Source: Bdellovibrionales bacterium (GTDB taxonomy: Bacteria > Bdellovibrionota > Bdellovibrionia > Bdellovibrionales > UBA1609). Taken from it: DNA of 64,000 bases. The stretch is from the NCBI GenBank assembly GCA_965203785.1, contig OZ241911.1:224540-288539 (forward strand), read 5' to 3'. This document shows, piece by piece, positions 17,396 through 27,626 of the stretch (position 1 is its first letter; each line of letters starts with the position of its first letter). Made by a program: the position numbers and the translations under genes. The notes beneath the pieces were generated by a model. That model ran no database searches. It had not been told where the DNA came from and saw only the letters and a list, made by a program, of their open reading frames with translations.

Positions 17396-19426
17396 TCAAT
17401 AATCCACAACCGAAGAAATGACTTTATTTTCCACTTTAAAAACTTTTATTGGCCGAACAAATTCTCGATTTTTATTAATTGGAATCCAGCCAATTGGCCC
17501 ATGAAACCGTCCCAAAAGGGCTAATTTTTTTCGTAACTCTTCTCTGCTTCGAACACCACCGGAAATGATTTGACGAAAAGCTAAAATGGATTCGTAAGCT
17601 TGCAGTTCAAAAAGTCCAGGATGCCGATTAAAAATTCTAAAAAATTTTTTATAAAAACTACTTTTTTTAAAAGATAAACTCGATAAACCAATGTCTAAAA
17701 AAAATATTTTATTTACAAATTGAGATTGAGCTTTAATTTTTTGAGGCTGATTCCATAAAGTAGTCCCTGCTAAATAAATATTTTTAATGTCGTGATATTT
17801 AATATGTGGTGCAATCAAGTTGAGCATTTTTAACGAATCGGGAACAAATAACACTTTAAAATTTACAATAGGCGGCAAGAGATGATCAGGCAGGGATGTG
17901 CGTCGGACTGGACGATTGGATTTTTTAATATACCAGTTTTTTAAATTTTCTTTAAATTCTTCTTCTCTGTCTGTTTTATAATAAGTCCCCACTAACCGTC
18001 GAATAGAACCATTAAAATCAGTCTCTCCGGGTTTATAGACCTGAGCTCCTGTAATAACTCCTCCTTTTTTTTGAACAGCTGTCCAAAAACTGTTGGCATA
18101 ATCCACTCCATAATGATCATTCGGATAAAGCAAAGAAAAATACTTCACCGACAAACGATTAGTTAAAAAATTGACCAGAGCAGTCGCCATGAGATGAGAA
18201 CTCAATCCATTTTGAAAAATATATTCTCCATAATCCGTCAAACCAGATTTTTGAGATAAAAGAATAGCTGGCAGACCAAAATTTTGTGCCTCCTGGGCAA
18301 TCGCTTGCGCCGTTTTACTTAAAACTCCTCCAATAATACCCACTACATGGTGTTTAATAACTAAAGTGTTAACTGCTTTTCTCGCCTGATCCACCAAACC
18401 TTGATTATCTAATACAATTAACTGAAAACCTTCGGCTCCTTCTTTACTGTAAAAACCCAAACCATGTTGTAGTCCTTGCAAACTTCGATTGCCAACAATA
18501 GATGAAGACCCCGTTAAAGGTAAAACAGCCCCAATTCGCATACGATTAACCACTTTGCGAGATTGAATCGCTTGAATATACTTTAAAGCCTTTTGTTCTA
18601 ACAATCCATAAGTAGATCGCTTAAGAAACTTTTTAAAAAAACTCATCGATCGACTAAACTGCCCACGATAAAATAAAATCTGACCGGATCGAAAAAAAAT
18701 GATATCTTGAATACCTTTTAAATTATCTGAACTTGCCAAGTTTAAAATAAAAGATTCTTTTAACTGAAAAATTAACTGACTGGCCTTTTTTCTATAAAAC
18801 ATTTTGTTTGCTAAACGACTGCTTAAAATAAAACTATACAACTCTAAAAGTTCTAAAAAGTTTTCTGAGTCCAGTTTGGCCAGTAAAACCTCTTTTAAAC
18901 GACAGGCTTGAACCAGTAAAGAATCACTCAGATAAATATCGGAGTTCTCAAAAGATAAATTTCTTAATTGTTTTAAAGAGGTCGAATATTTATCTAACCG
19001 GTAATAAATTTTAGCAACCTCCACAATTGCCGATGGTTTCCAAAGAGAGCTTTGAATTTGAGTATAAATGTTTAAAGCTTTTAAATACTGTTTTTTATTG
19101 AGATAATACTCTGCAAGAGTGGTTCGAATTAAATCTTTAATTTCTATTGGAATTTTAGATCTTAACCTCCGATTAAATTTAATTAAATCCGATCTCTTAA
19201 GACCAGAAGTTTTAATTTTACTCCTCGCTTTTTTAACTGCCCGATGCAATTCTTTGTAAGATCGAACCTTTAAAAAATTAGAATGCCGAACTTTTGTGTT
19301 AGAATTTTTATTTAATGTTTTTTTAGATTTCCAAAAAGAAACCGAAGACAATGTATGACAAGCAGTTAAGCAAATTATAATTGTTCCCCATCCAATAATA
19401 GACCCACTATATACAAAAAATCTCAC
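17396..19426 (-). CDS. Lipoprotein with N-terminal TPR-like repeats and a type-1 periplasmic binding fold (LivK/LpoA-like)
   Basis: GTG start preceded by AGGGAG. The lipobox is LTAC. The C-terminal 380 aa resemble Leu/Ile/Val-binding or LpoA-type domains. The functional call is tentative. Confidence 0.5.
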   Translation of the reverse strand: MRFFVYSGSIIGWGTIIICLTACHTLSSVSFWKSKKTLNKNSNTKVRHSNFLKVRSYKELHRAVKKARSKIKTSGLKRSDLIKFNRRLRSKIPIEIKDLIRTTLAEYYLNKKQYLKALNIYTQIQSSLWKPSAIVEVAKIYYRLDKYSTSLKQLRNLSFENSDIYLSDSLLVQACRLKEVLLAKLDSENFLELLELYSFILSSRLANKMFYRKKASQLIFQLKESFILNLASSDNLKGIQDIIFFRSGQILFYRGQFSRSMSFFKKFLKRSTYGLLEQKALKYIQAIQSRKVVNRMRIGAVLPLTGSSSIVGNRSLQGLQHGLGFYSKEGAEGFQLIVLDNQGLVDQARKAVNTLVIKHHVVGIIGGVLSKTAQAIAQEAQNFGLPAILLSQKSGLTDYGEYIFQNGLSSHLMATALVNFLTNRLSVKYFSLLYPNDHYGVDYANSFWTAVQKKGGVITGAQVYKPGETDFNGSIRRLVGTYYKTDREEEFKENLKNWYIKKSNRPVRRTSLPDHLLPPIVNFKVLFVPDSLKMLNLIAPHIKYHDIKNIYLAGTTLWNQPQKIKAQSQFVNKIFFLDIGLSSLSFKKSSFYKKFFRIFNRHPGLFELQAYESILAFRQIISGGVRSREELRKKLALLGRFHGPIGWIPINKNREFVRPIKVFKVENKVISSVVDY

Positions 19427-19454
19427 TTTAAACTCCCTTGTCTATTTTTTTGTT

Positions 19455-20435
19455 TCAAGAACGATATTGTCTCTGTTGCAATACTTTTTTACAATTCACA
19501 TTAAAGGCTGCCACACTCGGGCAAAGAGTGCGAGATTGATGCATTTTTTGAATCCAATTTTGTTCTTCAGATGAAAAATGAGATGGAATGTCAATTCGAA
19601 CTGTCATAACCATATCTCCAGTTTTAGAAGAATGAATGCAAAAAAAACCCTGCTTTTTGAGATGAATTAAATGACCATTGTGTGTACCCGGAGATAAATG
19701 AACCCATAAACTCTCTCGGAGAGTGGGTACCTCTACGGATCCTCCCAACCAAGCAGTTGTAAAAGATATGGGTAAATCCATCTGAACATTAATTCCCTCC
19801 CTTTTAAAAAGAGGATGTTTTTTATAAAGGACAACAACCGATAAATTTTGAAATTTTTTTGACCCTTTGACTGGCAATTGTTGACGATCCATAACTCCAG
19901 CTGGAATGTCTACAAATAGTTGTTCTTGCCTTTTTTGCCGATTGTATTGCAATTCTACAATCAGTGGCTTTTGCCCACCCAAAGCCACTTCTTCTAAAGA
20001 TAACTCCAAGTTCCCACAAATTCGAGAAGTGCTTGTATGAGAAGGTTTTTTTTGATTCGAAAAAAAATTCTTCCAATAATTTTTCCAATTTGAAATTTTT
20101 TGACCTGGAACAGAGACTCTTTTTTGCTCTTCTATTGTTTGTTTCTCTAAAGGAGACGAAGAATAAGTGTGAAACGAATCGTACATTGGAGTAAAAGATT
20201 TTTGCTCCACTGGTTTTTGTTTTTTAATTTGTCGATCAAATTCCTTTCTTTTAAACTCATCACTTAATACTTCGTAAGCTCGATTAATATCTTTAAAAAA
20301 CTCTTCGGCCGAAGGGTCATTTTTATTCTTATCAGGGTGATATTTTCTAGCTAATCTCCGATAAGCTTTTTGAATAGCCGGAGGGCTTGCCAATGGAGAT
20401 ATTTGTAAAATCTCATAATAATTTTTTTCTTTCAT
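19455..20435 (-). CDS. J-domain co-chaperone, CbpA/DnaJ class II-like (no zinc finger)
   Basis: The J domain reads YYEILQISP...KYHPDKNK...AYEVLSD, followed by C-terminal DnaJ substrate-binding domains. It forms a TAATG overlap with the grpE stop. Confidence 0.75.
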   Translation of the reverse strand: MKEKNYYEILQISPLASPPAIQKAYRRLARKYHPDKNKNDPSAEEFFKDINRAYEVLSDEFKRKEFDRQIKKQKPVEQKSFTPMYDSFHTYSSSPLEKQTIEEQKRVSVPGQKISNWKNYWKNFFSNQKKPSHTSTSRICGNLELSLEEVALGGQKPLIVELQYNRQKRQEQLFVDIPAGVMDRQQLPVKGSKKFQNLSVVVLYKKHPLFKREGINVQMDLPISFTTAWLGGSVEVPTLRESLWVHLSPGTHNGHLIHLKKQGFFCIHSSKTGDMVMTVRIDIPSHFSSEEQNWIQKMHQSRTLCPSVAAFNVNCKKVLQQRQYRS

Positions 20436-21070
20436 TACTTCTTTTTTTTAGGTTGAGAAGCTACAATCACTAAGCCAGGTCTAATTAATTTATCATGAAA
20501 TCGATACACTTTTTTCAACACACGAAGAATATGATCCGGTGGAACTTCATCACTTGGAGTAGAACTAACTGCTGAATGACAAGCCGGATCAAATGCCTTC
20601 CCTTGACTTTCTTGCTCTCTAACACCCGAATCTTTAAGAATTTTTTTAAAACGATTATAAATCATTTCCATACCTGTTTTAAAATCTTGAACTGTTTTTT
20701 GCGTTAATTCCCATTTCATTGCCTGATCAAAATCATCCATAACATGATTGATAAAATCTTCAATAAAAAACTGCCCATCGTATTTTTTTAAATCGGCAAT
20801 TTGTTGAGTGGTTTGTTTTCGATAATTAGCATATTCTGCCATTAAATATTGATATTTATTTTCCAAACTTTTGTATTCTTTTTTCCAATCTTTTTGTCCT
20901 TCCAAATTTTGGCTTTTCAGTTGACCACCATTATTTTTTTCACTTTTCTGCCCATCGCAAGAAGTTCCCTCTTTAGAGGGCTTGCTTTTTAAATGCGAGT
21001 TTACAGAGGATGTGGAAAATAATGAAGATTTTTTGATTTTTTTATTCGTTAAACGGCTTTTTTTTTGCAT
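20435..21070 (-). CDS. grpE: Nucleotide exchange factor GrpE
   Basis: 211 aa with a K/S-rich N-terminal tail, then GrpE core sequences such as YLMAEYANYRKQ and the C-terminal RPGLV. Confidence 0.9.
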   Translation of the reverse strand: MQKKSRLTNKKIKKSSLFSTSSVNSHLKSKPSKEGTSCDGQKSEKNNGGQLKSQNLEGQKDWKKEYKSLENKYQYLMAEYANYRKQTTQQIADLKKYDGQFFIEDFINHVMDDFDQAMKWELTQKTVQDFKTGMEMIYNRFKKILKDSGVREQESQGKAFDPACHSAVSSTPSDEVPPDHILRVLKKVYRFHDKLIRPGLVIVASQPKKKK

Positions 21071-21158
21071 AAAGACAATCCTCCCCTTTCTCTAAAAGCT
21101 TACCATTTTATAAGAAATTTGAAAAGATTTTAATTATTTGATAGAGTAATAATCTGAA

Positions 21159-21746
21159 ATGTTAAAACATGATGTTTTAGAATCGACGCCAGATTTTTTT
21201 ACTCAGTTGGTGAAAAAAGAAATGGCTGAATCGGGCATATCAGCTTCTTTAGAAGTTAAAAATTACTTAGGCGATTTACTTCAATCTTATATTTTAGCCG
21301 ACCATCTATTTTCTGAAATCAGCTCCTCTGGCAGGCGACATATAAAAACATTAGCAGAACTTTATTTACAAACTTATTCTTCATCTACTGGTTTAAAAAG
21401 AAGCACTTTAAAACAAGTTGGAGATCGAAGTCTCTATATGAGTGGGTTTTTTAGAGAAGCTTTAAAAAGAAAATCTGTATCTGTAGATTATTATATCTCC
21501 ATGGGAAAGAGAGCCTATCAAACTTTAGCTAATCTGCAAAACCAAAATTTATTCAACGAATTAGCCGATCGGTTTTTAGATTTGATGTTTATTTTATTTC
21601 GCATCCAAAAAAGTAACTTAAAAGAAACTTCCTATATATTATCTTTGCTCAATCAATATATGGAAACAAATTCCCTCCACTACAAAGAAGAACTCATGCG
21701 TTATGGGATCAATCTCCCTTTTCAAAAAAAAGGGACCACCCACTAA
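21159..21746 (+). CDS. Hypothetical protein
   Basis: 195 aa ORF with local codon usage. I recognise no motif. Confidence 0.5.
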   Translation: MLKHDVLESTPDFFTQLVKKEMAESGISASLEVKNYLGDLLQSYILADHLFSEISSSGRRHIKTLAELYLQTYSSSTGLKRSTLKQVGDRSLYMSGFFREALKRKSVSVDYYISMGKRAYQTLANLQNQNLFNELADRFLDLMFILFRIQKSNLKETSYILSLLNQYMETNSLHYKEELMRYGINLPFQKKGTTH

Positions 21747-21761
21747 AATGAAGTATTCATT

Positions 21762-21971
21762 ATGTTAGGTATTGGTATCACTGAACTCGTTTTTATTTTT
21801 GTATTGATTTTTTTGTTATTTGGACCCAAAGGGTTGCCAATGGTTGCTCGGTTTCTAACTCAATTTCTATACGAAATGAAACATATTTTTCAACAATTAG
21901 AACAAGAATGGAAAACAACTTCTTCCAAAAAAATAAAAAAAAATAAAGACCCTCTTAATGATAACAAGTAA
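21762..21971 (+). CDS. tatA: Twin-arginine translocase subunit TatA/E
   Basis: MLGIGITELVFIFVLIFLLFGPKGLP. Confidence 0.85.
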   Translation: MLGIGITELVFIFVLIFLLFGPKGLPMVARFLTQFLYEMKHIFQQLEQEWKTTSSKKIKKNKDPLNDNK

Positions 21972-22713
21972 GCCATCTTTTTCTTCTTTAGAAGAGCATT
22001 TAACTGCACTCTATCACTGCCTGTTAAAAAGTGTGTGTGTTGTGGGAATCTGTTTTATTATCTCTTGGTTTTTTAGCGAACAAATATTAAAAATCTTACG
22101 GTTTCCCATTCAATCTTTTTTAAAACCCACTCAGGGAGCCTTAATTTTTATATCCCCTTTAGAAGCTTTTTTAGCTCATCTCCATGTATCTTTTTTAACA
22201 GCCATCCTCGTATCTAGTCCTTTTTGGATGGGTTGGTTATGGAAATTTATCGCTCCGGGTCTTTATAAAAAAGAAAGAAAACTGTTTTTAATATTTTGGA
22301 CTCTGGGATTAGTATTATTTTTACTAGGGGTGATTTTTGCCTATTTTATTGTTTTGCCTCTGGCATTTAAAACATTGCTCAATTTTTATACCACTCAAGA
22401 TCAACCCTTTATTACTTTAAAAAATTATTTATCTTTTTTTATCCGATCGGTTTTTATTTTTGGAATTATATTTGAAACTCCCCTGTTATTGATGGCTCTT
22501 TGTTACAGCAATATTTTGTCGGTTCAAATTTTAAAGAAATACAGAAAATCGGCGATTGTCCTTTTAGCTCTTGTTTCGGCTCTTATTACTCCACCAGATA
22601 TTATCAGTCAGATATGTGTGTTAATCCCTTTAGTAAGTCTTTATGAGTGTTCTATTTATTTTATTTCAATCACTCTCCGCAAAAAATCGTTTAAGAAGAT
22701 TGAGGTTGAATAG
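21958..22713 (+). CDS. tatC: Twin-arginine translocase subunit TatC
   Basis: 251 aa polytopic membrane protein with the TatC N-terminal pattern (SLEEHLTALY). It overlaps the tatA end. Confidence 0.9.
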   Translation: MITSKPSFSSLEEHLTALYHCLLKSVCVVGICFIISWFFSEQILKILRFPIQSFLKPTQGALIFISPLEAFLAHLHVSFLTAILVSSPFWMGWLWKFIAPGLYKKERKLFLIFWTLGLVLFLLGVIFAYFIVLPLAFKTLLNFYTTQDQPFITLKNYLSFFIRSVFIFGIIFETPLLLMALCYSNILSVQILKKYRKSAIVLLALVSALITPPDIISQICVLIPLVSLYECSIYFISITLRKKSFKKIEVE

Positions 22714-23227
22714 ATAAAAGAGGCATGCCCGTTGTCACACTTTGCCCTTTTTTAACATAAATTTTTTTTACAATTCCGGCATGAGGAGCCCATATCTCGT
22801 TTTCCATTTTCATGGCTTCTACAACCAGCAATAAATCTCCTGGTTTAACTGAACTACCTAATTGAATAGCCACTTCTGTCACTTTACCCGGCAAACTGGA
22901 GTTAATATCCATGTTCGTCGTCAATACTAAAGAGTTAGTTATTTCTTTAAAGAAAAGTTTTTCTTCTGTTGATAATTTAATTGTTTTAAGAGAACCCCTC
23001 GTAAACACGGTGTAATCATCTCCATGAGTTACAATGTCTATTAAATAAGAGCGATGATTAAAAATAAAACTAATAAATTCTCCCAACGATTGAAAATCTT
23101 TTTTAGCTAATTGATGAACTTCTTTTTGATCCAACTGTTTGTTAGTTAAAGTCACTTGCCATTTGAGAGCCGTCTCTTGAACTTCTATTTCGTATTCTTT
23201 ATTATCTGTTTTAGCAATAAAAAGCAT
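22691..23227 (-). CDS. Biotin carboxyl carrier protein with an uncharacterised N-terminal domain of about 110 aa
   Basis: The C-terminal biotinyl domain carries VEAMKMENEI. The start was moved to the ATG at 23227, just after the accC stop. Confidence 0.75.
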   Translation of the reverse strand: MLFIAKTDNKEYEIEVQETALKWQVTLTNKQLDQKEVHQLAKKDFQSLGEFISFIFNHRSYLIDIVTHGDDYTVFTRGSLKTIKLSTEEKLFFKEITNSLVLTTNMDINSSLPGKVTEVAIQLGSSVKPGDLLLVVEAMKMENEIWAPHAGIVKKIYVKKGQSVTTGMPLLSIQPQSS

Positions 23228-23229
23228 TT

Positions 23230-24729
23230 TTAATCCCTTAAATTTTCTGTTCTGGCTCGATGTTTCCATCGACTATTATTAACTTCAAAAGATTGTTTTT
23301 TAGCTTTTCTATAAGCACAAACTGCCGCTGCAATTAAAAACACCCGATCGTCTACAAAACTGGACCACTGTTTTCTCTTTTTACCACTCATAAATTTTTC
23401 AATAAAATGATTCGTATAATCTCCACTTAAGAAATGTTTGTGGGCTAAAATATTTCGATGCAATAAAATATTCGTTTTAATTCCCGTTAAAGAAAATTCA
23501 GATAAAGCTCTTTGCAGTTTATTAATACAGTCTTCACGGTCTTTTCCCCAACTAATGAGTTTGGCAATTAAAGCGTCGTAATGAATAGGAACTTTATACC
23601 CTACATAACCATATCCATCGACTCGAACAAAAGGACCTTGAGGAATTCGATACCTTCGAATACGCCCCGGACTGGGAAGAAAAGTATAAGGATCTTCTGC
23701 ACAAATTCTAAGCTCAATGGCATGACCTTTTTGTTGAACATCTTTTTGAGTAAATGTCAGAGATTGCCCAGAGGCAATAAAGATCTGTTCTTTAACTAAA
23801 TCAACTCCTGTCACACATTCTGTAACGGGGTGCTCAACTTGCAGACGAGTATTCATTTCTAAAAAATAAAATTTTTGCTCTTTGCTATCATAGATAAACT
23901 CCACTGTGCCGGCATTTACATAATTCATTTTTTTAGCAATTGTTAAAGCCGCTTGTGCCATTGCTTTTCTCACCGATAAAGATAGGGTAGGGCTGGGAGA
24001 TTCTTCAATTAACTTTTGATGTCGCCTTTGAATCGAACACTCTCTATCAAATAAGTGCACCACATTCCCATGTGTATCGGCTAAAATTTGTATTTCAATA
24101 TGCTTTGGTTGAGTGATGAGTTTTTCTAAAAAAATATCTTTATCGCCAAAAAAATTATAAGCTTCCGTCTGACAAGCTTTAAAGTATCTATCCATATCTT
24201 CTGGTCGATACACAGCTCGAATACCTTTTCCACCTCCTCCAGCTCGAGCTTTCAACATAATGGGATAACCAATGGTTTTTGCAATTTGACAAGCTTCTTT
24301 TGGAGTTTTTAAAGGATAATCCACTCCCGGAGAAACGGGAATACCAAAAGATTTTATTTTTTTTCGGGAGCGAATTTTATCCCCCATCTCCGATATAATT
24401 TCATCGGGAGGTCCAATATAATGAAGACCCGCTTTTCTACAAGCTTTAGAAAAGTCTGCATTTTCGCTTAAAAAACCATAACCCGGATGAATGGCATCCA
24501 CCTTTGCCTTTAAAGCCACTTCAATAATTCGATCAATATTTAAATAAGAAAGTCGACTATCTGCCGGACCAATGTAGTAAGCTTCACTGGCTAAAATAAC
24601 ATGAAGACTATTTCGATCTGCTTGAGAATAGACGGCAACTGTTTGAATGCCTAACTCTTTACAAGCTCGAATCACTCGAATAACAACTTCTCCACGATTA
24701 GCAATTAAAATTTTTCGAAACATTGCCAT
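23230..24729 (-). CDS. accC: Biotin carboxylase subunit of an acyl-CoA carboxylase
   Basis: 499 aa beginning FRKILIANRGEV, with an ATP-grasp fold (GGGGKG) and EMNTRLQVEH. Confidence 0.9.
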   Translation of the reverse strand: MAMFRKILIANRGEVVIRVIRACKELGIQTVAVYSQADRNSLHVILASEAYYIGPADSRLSYLNIDRIIEVALKAKVDAIHPGYGFLSENADFSKACRKAGLHYIGPPDEIISEMGDKIRSRKKIKSFGIPVSPGVDYPLKTPKEACQIAKTIGYPIMLKARAGGGGKGIRAVYRPEDMDRYFKACQTEAYNFFGDKDIFLEKLITQPKHIEIQILADTHGNVVHLFDRECSIQRRHQKLIEESPSPTLSLSVRKAMAQAALTIAKKMNYVNAGTVEFIYDSKEQKFYFLEMNTRLQVEHPVTECVTGVDLVKEQIFIASGQSLTFTQKDVQQKGHAIELRICAEDPYTFLPSPGRIRRYRIPQGPFVRVDGYGYVGYKVPIHYDALIAKLISWGKDREDCINKLQRALSEFSLTGIKTNILLHRNILAHKHFLSGDYTNHFIEKFMSGKKRKQWSSFVDDRVFLIAAAVCAYRKAKKQSFEVNNSRWKHRARTENLRD

Positions 24730-24740
24730 TCCTTCGTCAA

Positions 24741-26309
24741 TTAAAGAGGAATATTGCCGTGTTTTTTTTCTAAAGACTTCTCCCTCTTACTCTGAACCAT
24801 ATTTAAAGATTGAATGAGTTTATATCGTGTATAAGACGGTTCTATAACCGAATCGATGTATCCCAATTGAGCTGCCAGATAAGGATTGTTAAACATGGTT
24901 TCGTATTCTTGCGTGTGTTTTTGGATCGTCTGTTCTTTATTTTTAGACTCATTGATCTCTTTTTTATAAATAAGCCCCACAGCTCCTGTAGCTCCCATTA
25001 CAGCAATTTCTGCAGTTGGCCAAGCTAAGTTTACATCTCCACCTAAATGTTTAGATCCCATAACAATATACGCCCCTCCATAAGCTTTCCGAGTGATGAC
25101 TGTTATTTTTGGAACATTGGCTTCTGCGTACGCATAGAGAAGTTTAGCTCCATGAGAGATCACTCCTCCATGTTCTTGATCCACTCCGGGTAAAAAACCC
25201 GGAACATCCACAAAACTAATAATTGGAATATTGAAACAATCACAAAATCGAATAAATCGTGCCGCCTTAAGACTTGCAGAAATATTAATACAACCTGCCA
25301 AAGCCAAAGGTTGATTGGCTACAATTCCCACACTTCGACCTCCCAATCGAGCAAAACCAGTTAAAATATTTGGTGCAAAACTTTCTTTAAGTTCTAGAAA
25401 AAAAGAATCGTCTACTACCTCTTGAATCACCTCTTTCATGTTATAAGATTTCTTAGAACTTTTGGGGATAATATGATTGAGCATGGCAGAAGATCTTTCT
25501 AAAGAATCCTGACATTCTCCATGAGGTGGATCATCTAAATTATTAGAAGGTAAAAATCTCAAAAGATGACGAATCATCATTAAACATTTTTCATCGTCTT
25601 TTAAAGAAAAATGAGCAATCCCAGATTGCTTGGTATGAATATCTGACCCCCCAAGTGCCGACTTGCTAATTTCTTCGTGAGTGACTGCTTTGATAACATC
25701 CGGACCCGTTAAAAACATGTAGCTGGAGTTTTCCACCATAAAGATAAAATCAGCTAGAGCCGGAGAATACACAGCTCCCCCAGCACAAGGACCCATCACT
25801 GCACTAATTTGAGGCACCACACCAGAAAGTCGCACATTCCATCGCATAATATCTCCATAACCGCCCAAGGCACCTACTCCCTCTTGAATCCGAGCTCCTC
25901 CAGAATCTTTAAGACCAATAATAGGAGTTCCCATTTTATAAGCTAACCTCATCACTTTTAAAATTTTATCCGCTTGCGTACGAGACATCGTTCCGCCAAA
26001 TACTGTAAAATCTTGGCTGTATACAAAAACTCGACGCCCACCGATTTTTCCAGATCCCGTAATCACTCCATCCCCTAGAATTTGTTTTTTTTGCATTCCA
26101 AAAGAATGGCACCGATGAGTCACTAAGCGATCTAATTCTGAAAAACTCCCCGGGTCTAATAAAATTTTTAACCTTTGCCGTCCCGTCAAACGCCCTTGAG
26201 CTGTTTGCTTCTGCACTCTATCGACACCACCCCCCACTAAAGCTTGCTGATGGATCTGCTTGAACTGTTGCAGTTTATCGTTATTAGAAGAATCAAAAGG
26301 AGATTTCAA
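24741..26309 (-). CDS. Acyl-CoA carboxylase carboxyltransferase subunit (PccB / methylmalonyl-CoA decarboxylase alpha type)
   Basis: Typical PccB pattern: GRLTGRQRLKILLDPGSFSELD, two crotonase-like halves, and GGAY. The track ORF extends to 26378 with a TTG start. The TTG at 26309 forms a TTGA overlap with the asnS stop and avoids a 73-nt overlap. Confidence 0.85.
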   Translation of the reverse strand: MKSPFDSSNNDKLQQFKQIHQQALVGGGVDRVQKQTAQGRLTGRQRLKILLDPGSFSELDRLVTHRCHSFGMQKKQILGDGVITGSGKIGGRRVFVYSQDFTVFGGTMSRTQADKILKVMRLAYKMGTPIIGLKDSGGARIQEGVGALGGYGDIMRWNVRLSGVVPQISAVMGPCAGGAVYSPALADFIFMVENSSYMFLTGPDVIKAVTHEEISKSALGGSDIHTKQSGIAHFSLKDDEKCLMMIRHLLRFLPSNNLDDPPHGECQDSLERSSAMLNHIIPKSSKKSYNMKEVIQEVVDDSFFLELKESFAPNILTGFARLGGRSVGIVANQPLALAGCINISASLKAARFIRFCDCFNIPIISFVDVPGFLPGVDQEHGGVISHGAKLLYAYAEANVPKITVITRKAYGGAYIVMGSKHLGGDVNLAWPTAEIAVMGATGAVGLIYKKEINESKNKEQTIQKHTQEYETMFNNPYLAAQLGYIDSVIEPSYTRYKLIQSLNMVQSKREKSLEKKHGNIPL

Positions 26310-27622
26310 AAAAAGTTCCTCCCATACATTCTGGGAAATGCAATGCTTTCCCGCACATGATTTAATCCACAAATCCAACTCACTAACCGTTCCACACCTA
26401 AACCAAATCCACTATGGGGAAAAGACCCGTATTTTCTCAAATCCGTATACCATTGAAAATGCTTAGATTCTAAATGATGAGCTTTTATTTTTTGTTCTAA
26501 ATTTTGTAAATTATCTTCTCTTTGAGATCCCCCAATCAACTCCCCATAACCTTGAGTACCCAACAAATCAAAACTAAGAGAACATTGAGGGTTTTTGGGA
26601 TCTGTTTTCATATAAAAAGCCTTAGCCTCTAAAGGATAGCGATGAATAAATACCGGTTTTTCAAATTGAGAACTTAAAAGTGTTTCGTCCTCCCCTCCTA
26701 ATCCTTTTGCATAATCTTTTTTAGAATCTAAAAGTTGGATCGCTTCGGGATAAGATAGGCGAGGGAAGGGGGCTTTAATTTTTTCTAATAAAGTAATATC
26801 CCTTTGCAAAATCATTAGCTCTTGTTTTCGATTCTTTAACACTCGCTTTACCAAATACTCCACCAATTTTTGTGCTTCATCCATACATTGATCTAAATCA
26901 TAAAAAGCCATTTCTGGCTCGACCATCCAAAACTCCATTAAATGTCTGCGAGTACTCGATTTTTCTGCACGAAACACTGGACTCAAACAATAAACTTTCC
27001 CAAACCCGGCCGCTGCAGCCTCCATATAAAGTTGTCCACTTTGACTTAAAAAAACAGTATTTTTTTCTCCAAAAAAATCGACAGAAAAAAGATCTGCACT
27101 TCCTTCACAAGCCGTTGGAGTCAACACAGGAGCCGACACTTGAATAAACTCTCGTTCAAAAAAAAATGTGTGAATCGCTTGCATTAACTCATGCCGAATA
27201 CGCAAAACAGCCCAAGGTTTTTTAGACCGTAACCACAAATGACGATTATTTAATAAGAAATCAATCCCATGATCTTTCTTCCCCAAAGGATAAGAAAAAG
27301 AAGAATGCTTAGTTTTGTTTTCTAATTCAGAAGACCATTTTTTTAAAGATTGAACATGAATTTCATAATCTGATTTGTGTTTTTTCACCATCCCTTCAAC
27401 TATTACACAATCTTCTTGTTTTAAACTTTTAAAACACTCCAAAAGTTTTTGATAATTTTTTTTAGAAAATTCTGTTCTGACAATACACTGACAAATTCCA
27501 CTTCCATCTCTTAATAACAAAAATCCAATCTTACCCGAAGAACGAACATTATAAACCCAGCCCTTTAATTGAACCCCACAGCCCTCATGAGAATGAAGAT
27601 GAGAAATCACTACATCTTCCAT
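26306..27622 (-). CDS. asnS: Asparagine--tRNA ligase
   Basis: Class IIb motifs: FRAEKSSTRRHLMEFWMVEPEMAF and GFGLGVERL. The start was moved to the ATG at 27622, which is preceded by GGAGAG. Confidence 0.9.
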   Translation of the reverse strand: MEDVVISHLHSHEGCGVQLKGWVYNVRSSGKIGFLLLRDGSGICQCIVRTEFSKKNYQKLLECFKSLKQEDCVIVEGMVKKHKSDYEIHVQSLKKWSSELENKTKHSSFSYPLGKKDHGIDFLLNNRHLWLRSKKPWAVLRIRHELMQAIHTFFFEREFIQVSAPVLTPTACEGSADLFSVDFFGEKNTVFLSQSGQLYMEAAAAGFGKVYCLSPVFRAEKSSTRRHLMEFWMVEPEMAFYDLDQCMDEAQKLVEYLVKRVLKNRKQELMILQRDITLLEKIKAPFPRLSYPEAIQLLDSKKDYAKGLGGEDETLLSSQFEKPVFIHRYPLEAKAFYMKTDPKNPQCSLSFDLLGTQGYGELIGGSQREDNLQNLEQKIKAHHLESKHFQWYTDLRKYGSFPHSGFGLGVERLVSWICGLNHVRESIAFPRMYGRNFF

Positions 27623-27626
27623 TTTT

